From: Candidatus Aenigmatarchaeota archaeon
GTDB lineage: Archaea > Aenigmatarchaeota > Aenigmatarchaeia > CG10238-14 > SCSR01
NCBI GenBank assembly: GCA_038999725.1
Contig: JAWBWS010000001.1
Coordinates: 96,001 to 160,000, forward strand
DNA: 64,000 nucleotides
Reading direction: 5' to 3'
Shown: positions 9,537-18,252 of the stretch, one piece after another
How positions within the stretch are numbered: position 1 is the stretch's first letter
How the letters are laid out: each line of letters starts with the position of its first letter
Translations under genes and position numbers: made by a program
Notes under the pieces: model-generated
Databases searched by the model: none
The model's input: the letters and a program-made list of their open reading frames with translations, nothing else
Told to the model about the DNA's origin: nothing

Positions 9537-10105
9537 CTCACAACCTTTATCTTATACATAAGAAAAATTATTAGCACAGCCATACTGCCAATAAGAATCA
9601 AGTATAGGTAAGTTGGAGTTGTTGGTGAAGAAGGAGTTGTAATGGAGCAATCATCTCTACAGTTTAAAAAGGTTTCTCCTCTCCATGGCTCACAGACGCT
9701 ATTAAAATTGCAAATTTTGATGGAAAAAATCAAACTATCACCATGATAAATTTCTATTCTCTCCGCCTCTTCAAAATAAGGTAAACGTATGTTGATTAAG
9801 ATTTTCTCAAGATCTTTTGGTTCTTCTGCGAATGTTTGATAATGGATTGTAAATGATATTCCCAAATTAGATTTGAACAACCTTTCATTTTTGTAAGAAA
9901 TGATTTGGATGTAATAGCCAGTATCGGTGGAGGGGAAATGGCTTTGCATCCCAACCTCTACAGAAAATTTTTCTAAAACTACAGTATCGTTCTTGAAAAT
10001 TATGAGTAGTAGAGAATAGATTTTTTCTTCTTTTATTTCTTGAGCTTTGATTGTGGAAAAAATGATTAGAAAGCTTAACACTAACACAATAAAGTTAAAT
10101 CTCAA
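9533..10105 (-). CDS. Secreted, C-terminally anchored protein with small Cys motif
   Basis: Class I-like signal peptide (IKA|QE), CNFNSVCEPWRGETFLNCRDDC, Thr/Pro linker, C-terminal TM helix; TTG start after GGTGA. Confidence 0.7.
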   Translation of the reverse strand: MRFNFIVLVLSFLIIFSTIKAQEIKEEKIYSLLLIIFKNDTVVLEKFSVEVGMQSHFPSTDTGYYIQIISYKNERLFKSNLGISFTIHYQTFAEEPKDLEKILINIRLPYFEEAERIEIYHGDSLIFSIKICNFNSVCEPWRGETFLNCRDDCSITTPSSPTTPTYLYLILIGSMAVLIIFLMYKIKVVR

Positions 10106-10109
10106 GTTA

Positions 10110-11381
10110 TCACCTACAATAATTACTTAACTCTCTCTCTAAATGAGCATAACTAGTTTGCCCAAATCTATTACCATAGCTACATCCTCTACCACAGTAA
10201 TCAAAACTGCACATTATGCTATTTTGTTCTGGTGTATTTGGACAACAATGTCCTACACCAGAACAACCAAATCTGCCTGTGTTACAAATGGTTGAAGGGC
10301 AGTTTGGACATAAAGAGTTGCCATATCCTTCGTCACACAAACCAAATGTATGTCCAAGCTCATGGCTACATACTTCTTCAATATTGCTGTCTGTCGTTAC
10401 AACAATTTCATAATTTTTTAAGGTATATCCAAGTACTCCACACACAGAAGACCCATGTTTAACACCAACTATCCTCGTGTATTTTCCACCATACCCCCAT
10501 TTATCTACACATTTTAGTAAATATTCAAAAGCGTTACATTCATCAGCTCTACAAATTTTATCTTCTATTGCTATTGCCTCAACATTCCATGGACATTTAG
10601 AAAGTGGTGTGAGAGAAACCCAAGCATTTTTACATTTTTGTGCCAATGAGTTGAAATTTGGAACTTGGGTATTCATTTGAACAAATAAGATGACAAATGT
10701 CGCTTTTTTACACCCAACATTCTCATCATTATATTCAATTTCACTCATACACCTTGGTTTACCCTCTTTTGGAGCTTCGCACCACTTTGGTTTATCAAGA
10801 GGGCAGCAATGTCCTTTGGTACAAATTGGTGTCTCAAATGGACAACATTCTCTCCCCAAAGAATCTTTTTTAACTTCTTGTGCCCCCACACAAATTCTCT
10901 CGCTAGGACAAATTGGTGCTTCCTCACATTTTTTGCTAGTTTGGTTACAATAGCCTGAACAACAAAGTAAGGAATCTGCACAAAATTCTCCAAATTCTAA
11001 ACATTTACACATTAAAACTATCTTTCCATCTTTTTTTAACAAAAGGATTTTTTCACAATCTTCAAATCGATTTTCCACAATCTCAAGAGCTCTTGAGAAA
11101 CTACTTTGCTTTCCAGAAATTTTATCAAAAAGTTTAACCACATTATTCTCAATTTCAATCCTGTATTGTTTTATGCTCGGATAATAAACAAAGGCTACAT
11201 CACCTGTTGTTGCTATAGCTCTATCAACTATAGCTTCCAAATCTTTTGCAAAAGATGAAACAACTTCTTCTTCACCTAGCTCTTGTTGAGCGATGTAAAT
11301 TCCTCTCAATTGAAAAACTGTAATACCAACTGCAATCAAAACTCCAATACTCAAAATTATTTCTGTTGCTATAGCTTTCAC
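10110..11381 (-). CDS. Pilin-like protein fused to a Cys-rich linker and a metzincin-type zinc metalloprotease
   Basis: MKA|IATE plus helix; HELGHTFGLCD (HExxHxxGxxD, 10332-10364); downstream SIM Met-turn. Confidence 0.8.
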   Translation of the reverse strand: MKAIATEIILSIGVLIAVGITVFQLRGIYIAQQELGEEEVVSSFAKDLEAIVDRAIATTGDVAFVYYPSIKQYRIEIENNVVKLFDKISGKQSSFSRALEIVENRFEDCEKILLLKKDGKIVLMCKCLEFGEFCADSLLCCSGYCNQTSKKCEEAPICPSERICVGAQEVKKDSLGRECCPFETPICTKGHCCPLDKPKWCEAPKEGKPRCMSEIEYNDENVGCKKATFVILFVQMNTQVPNFNSLAQKCKNAWVSLTPLSKCPWNVEAIAIEDKICRADECNAFEYLLKCVDKWGYGGKYTRIVGVKHGSSVCGVLGYTLKNYEIVVTTDSNIEEVCSHELGHTFGLCDEGYGNSLCPNCPSTICNTGRFGCSGVGHCCPNTPEQNSIMCSFDYCGRGCSYGNRFGQTSYAHLERELSNYCR

Positions 11382-11409
11382 AAATATATGTTGGAAATCA
11401 GATAAAAAA

Positions 11410-11931
11410 TCAAGTGATTGTAATTAAAACTTCATCTCCAAAGCTCTTATTTATCAAAACTTCATAATCTCTTCTTGGTGATCTTCCCAAAATTTTGTTC
11501 ACAGCAACAAAAATATCTTCATGCTCAGGCAAAACTCCCAAATAAGGCATTTGAATCTTACAAGGAAAGTGTTTTGGTGGTTCTTGACAACATCTTAAAT
11601 ATTGTTCATCTTTAAATTGCAAACAAATATTCTTTCCATAACTAACCTCTTGATTTTTTATTTTACCTAAGACAGTTGGTAAGATGTTGTTGACATCTTC
11701 TGTTGCATAAATTACCCTTACCGCCATTGGGAAACTATATTTTTTGGTCAAAGAATTTCCCAATTCTTGAACACAAACTACATTCACACTATAGCATAAA
11801 TCTGAAAATTGTGTTAAAGCATCTTGCCTTTGAGAATAGTTTATTGTGTTAGAAAGTAAAGTGTAACCAATTACCATAGCAAGAACAGCAACTACTATTC
11901 CACCAAAAACATAAACCCACATTTCAGGCAT
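11410..11931 (-). CDS. Pilin-like protein without a basic leader
   Basis: MPEMW plus hydrophobic helix, amphipathic continuation, Cys pairs; lies in the pilin operon. Confidence 0.6.
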   Translation of the reverse strand: MPEMWVYVFGGIVVAVLAMVIGYTLLSNTINYSQRQDALTQFSDLCYSVNVVCVQELGNSLTKKYSFPMAVRVIYATEDVNNILPTVLGKIKNQEVSYGKNICLQFKDEQYLRCCQEPPKHFPCKIQMPYLGVLPEHEDIFVAVNKILGRSPRRDYEVLINKSFGDEVLITIT

Positions 11932-11956
11932 AAATAAGAATTGTATTTGTTAAAAC

Positions 11957-12475
11957 TTATTTTCCCCACTTCTTGTATAGCTCTTCATAAGATTTCTTTT
12001 TACCTCCTTTTTTCAAAAAGAAAAAGTAGGATAAAAAGAGAATTACCAATATCAATATTACAACTAAGATTATTAGTGTATAATCAACCCCACCTCCCTC
12101 GCTAGTTGGTGTGGGTTTAGTGGTTGTGGTTGGAAGTGTTGTTGTTGGTTTAGTGGTTGTGGTTGTTTCTTCAGCCATTCTTACTGTTATTAAAGTACAG
12201 TCTGATTGTGTTTTACCATCTTCACATAGAGCTTTTAAGTAATAGCTTCTTGCAGACTCTGGACTCCATTTCAAGTAGCCATTAGAAAATACAAACTCGT
12301 AGTCTGGCATCATGGTACACGTTGCTGAGGAAAAAATATCTACAATACCAGAATCACAATCAGTTATTGTACATCTACATTCTCCAACAAAGCAATTTTT
12401 GCAAATTACCTCTGCATAGACTAGAGGTTGTGATAGAAGAATTGTTATCAAAAATATGATGCTAATCTTTTTCAT
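11957..12475 (-). CDS. Cell-surface protein with Cys module, Thr-rich linker and C-terminal anchor
   Basis: Signal peptide (VYA|E), CKNCFVGECRCTITDC, TTTTTKPTTTLPTTTTKP, TM helix and basic tail. Confidence 0.75.
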   Translation of the reverse strand: MKKISIIFLITILLSQPLVYAEVICKNCFVGECRCTITDCDSGIVDIFSSATCTMMPDYEFVFSNGYLKWSPESARSYYLKALCEDGKTQSDCTLITVRMAEETTTTTKPTTTLPTTTTKPTPTSEGGGVDYTLIILVVILILVILFLSYFFFLKKGGKKKSYEELYKKWGK

Positions 12476-15400
12476 CAACATGTTATATTCCTCATTTCTC
12501 CTAGTTTAGACCAAAGAATTGGGTTTTTTGTATCCGAGGCTTTGAAAGCTTTCCAAGAAATCAAATATTTACCTGAACCCAATTCTTTACAATCTATAAG
12601 ATAACTTGCAGTACCCTCACCAATCGGTGCTACATACTTTTTGTTCACAGCTTTACCATTTTTGTTTAAAGTGAGAACAATTACTACTTCCTCTTCAAAT
12701 TTGTTTGAATAATCTAACTTGATTCTGTAAGAACTATCTAAACTGGTTAAGTGGAAATTGCTTAAAGAAAAGGTTTTTCTTGGCTCGATTTTTCCTCCTA
12801 TCACAATTTCTCTTTCTACATGAACTACTGGATTGTAACACACAACACTCACCTCAACAACTCCTGTCTTATCTGAAATAAAAGATGTGGCGAAATCTTT
12901 GGTATCTATCTTTTCTCTCCATTTGAGTAATGTAGTACCCAAAACAGCACTAAATCTACCATCACTACAACCTCTTACTCTACATGTACATGGTTTAAGA
13001 ACTTCACAATTTTTATCACACTCAAGGAAAGGTTCTTTGACCTCTAGCGTGTATTGGGTTGTTTCTATTTTGGAATCTTTAAAACATAGTGCTGTGATTA
13101 AAATTTTTCCAGAAGCATTTGGCTCAAATTGTATGGTAGTTGGGGGGAGCTGAAGGGTTATTGTGGAGCTTAAAGGTTTTGCTTCTTTGTTCTGTAGCAT
13201 CCACAAACCGTTCTGACAAGCTGTAGTTAATGTACATTCACATTCTGATCTTGCATAACACTCTTCACATTGAATTCCTGTAGGTAATGTGGGTGCAGTG
13301 GTGGTTGTGGTTGGGAGTGTTGTTGTGATAGGACAACTAACAGAAAGTTTTACACTTCTTTCTTGATTACCATAACAAGCATAATAAGTTCCTGCATTAC
13401 TGTTTGAAGTAACAACAAAAGTGGTTGAACTTGATGTTGAACCATCGGAAGTAGAAATTGTGGCAACTTCTTGGCCAGAGCAACTATTCATCCTTATCGA
13501 AACTACTTGAGAACCACAGTTAGAGCTAGAATAGGTTATTGAAGCTTTTATGGTTGAAGGGCAAGTTGAAACAGAATCTGGAGTCAAAGAAAAGGAATTA
13601 AGCGAGAATGTACATGAAGGTGGTGGAGATGTTATGACAATATAACTGCCAGTAGATTCTCCATAGTAACTTGTTGCTTCGCTATTTGTTACTTTTACCT
13701 TGAATGTATAAGTTCCTGGTGAAGTTGTGGGGATGGAAGTAACACTTATAGTTAAAGAATTTGTTGAACCAGGAGAAATAGTTAGTGAAGAACTACTTAA
13801 GCTACAACTCCATCCTGAAGGACAATATGTCACTAATAAATCGAAGGAGGAAGAGCCACAAATAGAATTATCATTATTTTTTACACTAACAGTATAAGTT
13901 AAAGTTTTACCAGCCGAGCTCGATTGGGATGAGGGAGTAATTGAAATTGAAGGGTTAGCTCTACCACAATCGAGAAAGTTGGCTATCTCATTTATTGGAT
14001 TGTTTATAGTTATTGTAGCTGAACTTAATGTGCCTGAATAACATCCTGAACCAGAACAAGTCCAACCACTAAAAATATAACCTGGGTTGGGAGTAGCGGA
14101 TATTGTAATGCTTGACCCCATATCATACCATCCTGACTGGGGGGATGTTTTTCCTCCCATGGATGGGTTTACCGACATTTGTAAGTAATACTGAGTTTTG
14201 TAACTTGCTATTTTATTATCGCTTGAGCTTAATGAGCCGGAGCAGCTTGCTGTGCATATGTATTGAGTGCCTGTTGTATTGCTAACGATAGAGTCATATT
14301 CATAATTGACAACCCCGCTTAATCCTGAAACTGTTATACTTGAAGATGTGGATGTATATCTAATTCCCCCCACTTTTACGCCCCACAATACACCGAAAGG
14401 TATGCCTGATTGAGAGAATGTCACTGAATATGAAGGTGGTGGGGCAATTGTATAGCTTTCTATATTTCCCTTTTTAGTCTCATAGCCTGATTTTGAACAT
14501 AAACAGTACCAATCATATGTGCCTGGAGATAAAGTAGATGTTTGATATCTGTATGAAGGTTTTTCTAATTCAGAAATATAGTTTGTAGGGTATGGGATGT
14601 TATTAATATACACCTTACAATCTGCATCTCCTATTCCTTTTCCAGTTATCTTATCATAGTAACTGCAATAAAAACTAATTAGTGTTCCTTGTTGTGATGG
14701 ACTTTGGGGTTCTACCCATTGAGAAAGAGTTGTTGGATAACCAGAACTACTACAAATAAGTTGGCCCGATGATCCATATTTAACACCATCAACAAACACA
14801 TCGTAATTGTAACTTCCTATTGATACTTCCCAATTTTTTCTCATGGATAAAGGAGTGAAACTAGAAAACTTAATCTCACCAGTTTTGGTATCTTTAACTT
14901 CAATTTTTCTACCCTCACAATTGGAACTCGCTTCAAAAAATATCTCACAAGTATCCATACCACTTAAGATAAAGTTATAGGAGATTGAGCACGGCACAAC
15001 TCCTCTTTCTGGATCACAGAAATTGTACTTGGGATCATAACATTCATATTGTTTAACAGATTCTTGAGAATATGAGCAACATTTTTCTCCACTTGAACAA
15101 ACCTTTCCACCACAATATATTTCTTTACAACTTCCTCTTTCACATGTGCATTCTTCCACAGCTACACATATCCCTGGATTACCATATAAATAACAACACT
15201 TGGAGTAAGACCCTGTTTTACAATCGCTTTCACTTAATATTCTACAATACTCACTAAAACTTTTATAACATGTACAAGGCCAACTACAATAACCTCCCTC
15301 AAAACAACCTTTGTTCATCCAGCATTCATACCACCAACATCCTGCACCAATACAAGAAAAAGCATCGGCGTAGCCGCTACAAGTGGTAAAAGTTTGGCCG

Positions 15401-15537
15401 CCGGTTATAGTATATGGAATTGAGGGAAACAATAAATTTTTTAGCCAGTCAATTAGTGATTGTGCCTTAGCTTCTTTTGTAAAAACAAGTAGAATTAGTA
15501 TGAATAAAAATGGGAGCAAAGTTCGCTTTTTCCACAT
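12475..15537 (-). CDS. 1020-aa secreted mosaic adhesin-like protein
   Basis: Signal peptide (AKA|Q), Cys-rich N-terminus, Ig-like segments (YSVTFSQSGIP; ISATPNPGYIFSGW; TLTYTVSVKNND..CPSGWS), Thr-rich linker and two Cys modules. Confidence 0.75.
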   Translation of the reverse strand: MWKKRTLLPFLFILILLVFTKEAKAQSLIDWLKNLLFPSIPYTITGGQTFTTCSGYADAFSCIGAGCWWYECWMNKGCFEGGYCSWPCTCYKSFSEYCRILSESDCKTGSYSKCCYLYGNPGICVAVEECTCERGSCKEIYCGGKVCSSGEKCCSYSQESVKQYECYDPKYNFCDPERGVVPCSISYNFILSGMDTCEIFFEASSNCEGRKIEVKDTKTGEIKFSSFTPLSMRKNWEVSIGSYNYDVFVDGVKYGSSGQLICSSSGYPTTLSQWVEPQSPSQQGTLISFYCSYYDKITGKGIGDADCKVYINNIPYPTNYISELEKPSYRYQTSTLSPGTYDWYCLCSKSGYETKKGNIESYTIAPPPSYSVTFSQSGIPFGVLWGVKVGGIRYTSTSSSITVSGLSGVVNYEYDSIVSNTTGTQYICTASCSGSLSSSDNKIASYKTQYYLQMSVNPSMGGKTSPQSGWYDMGSSITISATPNPGYIFSGWTCSGSGCYSGTLSSATITINNPINEIANFLDCGRANPSISITPSSQSSSAGKTLTYTVSVKNNDNSICGSSSFDLLVTYCPSGWSCSLSSSSLTISPGSTNSLTISVTSIPTTSPGTYTFKVKVTNSEATSYYGESTGSYIVITSPPPSCTFSLNSFSLTPDSVSTCPSTIKASITYSSSNCGSQVVSIRMNSCSGQEVATISTSDGSTSSSTTFVVTSNSNAGTYYACYGNQERSVKLSVSCPITTTLPTTTTTAPTLPTGIQCEECYARSECECTLTTACQNGLWMLQNKEAKPLSSTITLQLPPTTIQFEPNASGKILITALCFKDSKIETTQYTLEVKEPFLECDKNCEVLKPCTCRVRGCSDGRFSAVLGTTLLKWREKIDTKDFATSFISDKTGVVEVSVVCYNPVVHVEREIVIGGKIEPRKTFSLSNFHLTSLDSSYRIKLDYSNKFEEEVVIVLTLNKNGKAVNKKYVAPIGEGTASYLIDCKELGSGKYLISWKAFKASDTKNPILWSKLGEMRNITC

Positions 15538-15568
15538 AATTAAAAATTTGAATTTTAAAAAATATAAA

Positions 15569-16471
15569 CTAACCTACAGAAAGCTCTACTGTTGACATCT
15601 CGTCCCCGCATACAAGAACAGCTGTGTAGCTTCCTGCTTCTACAGGACCAAAGATGTAGCTTCCTGTTGGTTTGTTTTCATCTTTGTAAAAACTTCCATC
15701 GCTCAAGAAAATGGTAACCTCACCTATCAAAGGACAACCAACCCAACTGCATTTGATATTTTTACCTTCTCCCACACAATTAAAGACAGTTGGACTTGTT
15801 ACCCCTCCTGTTACAGCTACTTTCTTCGCTATCTCCCCATATCCCGCACTCCACCACCACCAATCGGCAGGCAAGTTACATCCAGGTTCTTTACCGTATT
15901 TCCTACATTCATAATCACTTAGTTTGATTGGTGTATAACCTTCATAGAATTTCTTTCCCCATTTGGCAGGGTCTGGATCACATTGACCTGGGTTTACTTG
16001 GGTAACTATTATTTGATTTGCCGTATTTTCTAACAACCCCATTTGGTTTATGTAGTAATCTTTCATCAAAGCTAAGCATCGTTCGGCATTTAAGATGAAA
16101 GAACCACAACCACACTCTGTTATGTGAAAACAATAAAGGCCATCTTCGCAGTATGGAATTCCTGCTATCAAGCCACCATGCCCTTTCTCTCCAGCTCTAT
16201 AATTTCCATCTATGTCTATGTAAACTCTTTCTTGACAAAAGGAAACTGCCCTCGATAAATCAACACAGCCGCTTCCTGTGTAAGAAGAGCATAAGTTGTT
16301 GCATTTGCTTTTTTCCCTATCATAATTATAAGTTGATTTAAAATCGTCTATTTTGGGCAAAGATTCTGGTGTAACTTTAGAGGTAAAAAGATTTATCACA
16401 ACCAATGTTACAACAATGAGAATAAACATAGCAAAAACTATCTCCAGTGCACTCATCCCCTTTTTGCTCAT
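15569..16471 (-). CDS. Pilin-like protein (class III signal peptide)
   Basis: MSKKG|MSALE with Glu at +5, hydrophobic helix, Cys-rich domain. Confidence 0.8.
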   Translation of the reverse strand: MSKKGMSALEIVFAMFILIVVTLVVINLFTSKVTPESLPKIDDFKSTYNYDREKSKCNNLCSSYTGSGCVDLSRAVSFCQERVYIDIDGNYRAGEKGHGGLIAGIPYCEDGLYCFHITECGCGSFILNAERCLALMKDYYINQMGLLENTANQIIVTQVNPGQCDPDPAKWGKKFYEGYTPIKLSDYECRKYGKEPGCNLPADWWWWSAGYGEIAKKVAVTGGVTSPTVFNCVGEGKNIKCSWVGCPLIGEVTIFLSDGSFYKDENKPTGSYIFGPVEAGSYTAVLVCGDEMSTVELSVG

Positions 16472-16476
16472 TTTAA

Positions 16477-16923
16477 TTACCCACAAATTAGAACATCACT
16501 ATTTTTAATTTCTCTCCTTGTAATATTAATGCTTTCACCCGTCAAGAAAGAGTTGTCACAGCAAATATAAACTGAATGTGTGTTTGTTTCTAAGAATTTG
16601 CATTCGGTAAGCTTAATCAGGTTTATCCCTTTATCAATTTCTTTTACAACTCTTTCTATATCTTCAAAGGTAACATCTTGACTTAAAGTGGAATGAAAAT
16701 TGTTGCATTGATCTGTCAAAAAACCATAAAGAACTACTTTAAGATTTTCTAAATTTATTTTACTGTTATTGTATTGGGAGCAAGTGTATTTAGCGTTAGT
16801 AAAATCTTTTGGTCTCAATATGAACTCTGGTTTGATTATACCTGTGATGAAAGCAATTGAAATACAAATCACAAAAACTGTTATGGTTATAGCAGAAATA
16901 TATTCTAAAGCTATCCCTTTCAT
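16477..16923 (-). CDS. Pilin-like protein
   Basis: MKG|IALEY plus hydrophobic helix. Confidence 0.8.
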   Translation of the reverse strand: MKGIALEYISAITITVFVICISIAFITGIIKPEFILRPKDFTNAKYTCSQYNNSKINLENLKVVLYGFLTDQCNNFHSTLSQDVTFEDIERVVKEIDKGINLIKLTECKFLETNTHSVYICCDNSFLTGESINITRREIKNSDVLICG

Positions 16924-16924
16924 C

Positions 16925-17329
16925 TCAACACTCTATGAAAATTTTTTTCATTAAATGACTATAAGAAAAAATCAAACTTGTGGCCATTTTATTGCATTTC
17001 AAAATACAATAATCGCTTAGAGTGAATTGAGTTGGAGAAAAGTCCCCACTCACGACATAGCAAATACAATCATCTTTATAATTTTTTGCTCCAGTTTTTT
17101 GCCAGCAAAATCCACAATATTTTTCAATCACGCTTTCTGTTAAACTTTTTTCGCTTGCCTGAATTGTTGTACATTCTTTAGTAGCACATCCCCCTGGTAA
17201 ATACTCACAAAGATGAAAATAAGATAAAATTTCATCTCTGAAATGGATTATCAAACTTATGATAACCAAAACCACCACTAAATACAAAAACAGTTTGAAA
17301 ATAAATTCTAATGCAAGTCCCTTCATCAA
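16925..17329 (-). CDS. Pilin-like protein
   Basis: MMKG|LALEF plus helix; CW...CY motif. Confidence 0.8.
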   Translation of the reverse strand: MMKGLALEFIFKLFLYLVVVLVIISLIIHFRDEILSYFHLCEYLPGGCATKECTTIQASEKSLTESVIEKYCGFCWQKTGAKNYKDDCICYVVSGDFSPTQFTLSDYCILKCNKMATSLIFSYSHLMKKIFIEC

Positions 17330-17820
17330 ACCACCATAATTAATTTACTCGTTGAATTGTAAAAGATTCCAATTGATTTTGGGGTTGTTATCTCATTTGC
17401 CTTCCATTCCATAATTTGCTTGTAATCTCTTGGTAATTGAGATTTGACGCTACTTTCATTAACACTTCCCTCAATCCTTTTGATAACAAGCTCATAACAA
17501 TTTATATTCTGACCCACATTTATTTTTCCTGTAATTTCCCAACAAGCCATCACATAACTTGCTATATCAAATGAGATTTTTTCCGGGTTTGAACTCTCTA
17601 TGTAAACTAAATTTTGAGTTGGAGATTGTCTGCAAAAGGGTGGTAAAGAAGGTCTGAAAGTCGCTGATAAAGGTAAAAAACCGATAAGGCCTTGCACAAT
17701 TGAACAATAGCTCTCTTTTAAAGCATTTGGTATATTGCTTCCAACAAAAGAAATTAAAACCGTGATTGAAACTATTGCTATCAAGAATAAAGCTATTGTT
17801 GAAAGGGCTATACCCTTCAT
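17326..17820 (-). CDS. Pilin-like protein
   Basis: MKG|IALST plus helix (ATG at 17820); CW...CY motif. Confidence 0.8.
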   Translation of the reverse strand: MKGIALSTIALFLIAIVSITVLISFVGSNIPNALKESYCSIVQGLIGFLPLSATFRPSLPPFCRQSPTQNLVYIESSNPEKISFDIASYVMACWEITGKINVGQNINCYELVIKRIEGSVNESSVKSQLPRDYKQIMEWKANEITTPKSIGIFYNSTSKLIMVV

Positions 17821-17851
17821 ATTTTTCATTTCTCTTTTGCTTAGTAAATAA

Positions 17852-18244
17852 TTAAGCTGGTTTCTCAAACAAAATCAAACTTATTTCTTTTCCTGTTGAA
17901 TTATATCTGATTTTTATTCCATAAACAACACTCGGTTCTAAAGAATCAAAGTAAACTTTTGTCTCACCTCCAAAGAAGCTCTCCATTTCATCTTTTGTTA
18001 TTCTTGTGCTGGAATTCACTTTAACCAAATAACAATCATCAGAATAGATATCTTGACCAAAATTGTGTTTTGACCAGCAGAGCTTTATACAATTTGATAA
18101 AGAACCTAAAACTGAAAATTTTGTTCCTGTTATTTCTTCCTTACATTCTGAAATAAACTTGGCAGAAAGGGAAATGTATACAATCACTGCCACTATTGGA
18201 ATCACAACAAACAAGACATAATTCAACATTTTTCCTACTTCCAT
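17852..18244 (-). CDS. Pilin-like protein without a basic leader
   Basis: MEVGKM plus helix; shares the CW...CY and YNST motifs with the next pilin; first gene after the platform gene. Confidence 0.65.
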   Translation of the reverse strand: MEVGKMLNYVLFVVIPIVAVIVYISLSAKFISECKEEITGTKFSVLGSLSNCIKLCWSKHNFGQDIYSDDCYLVKVNSSTRITKDEMESFFGGETKVYFDSLEPSVVYGIKIRYNSTGKEISLILFEKPA

Positions 18245-18252
18245 TTTCGCAC

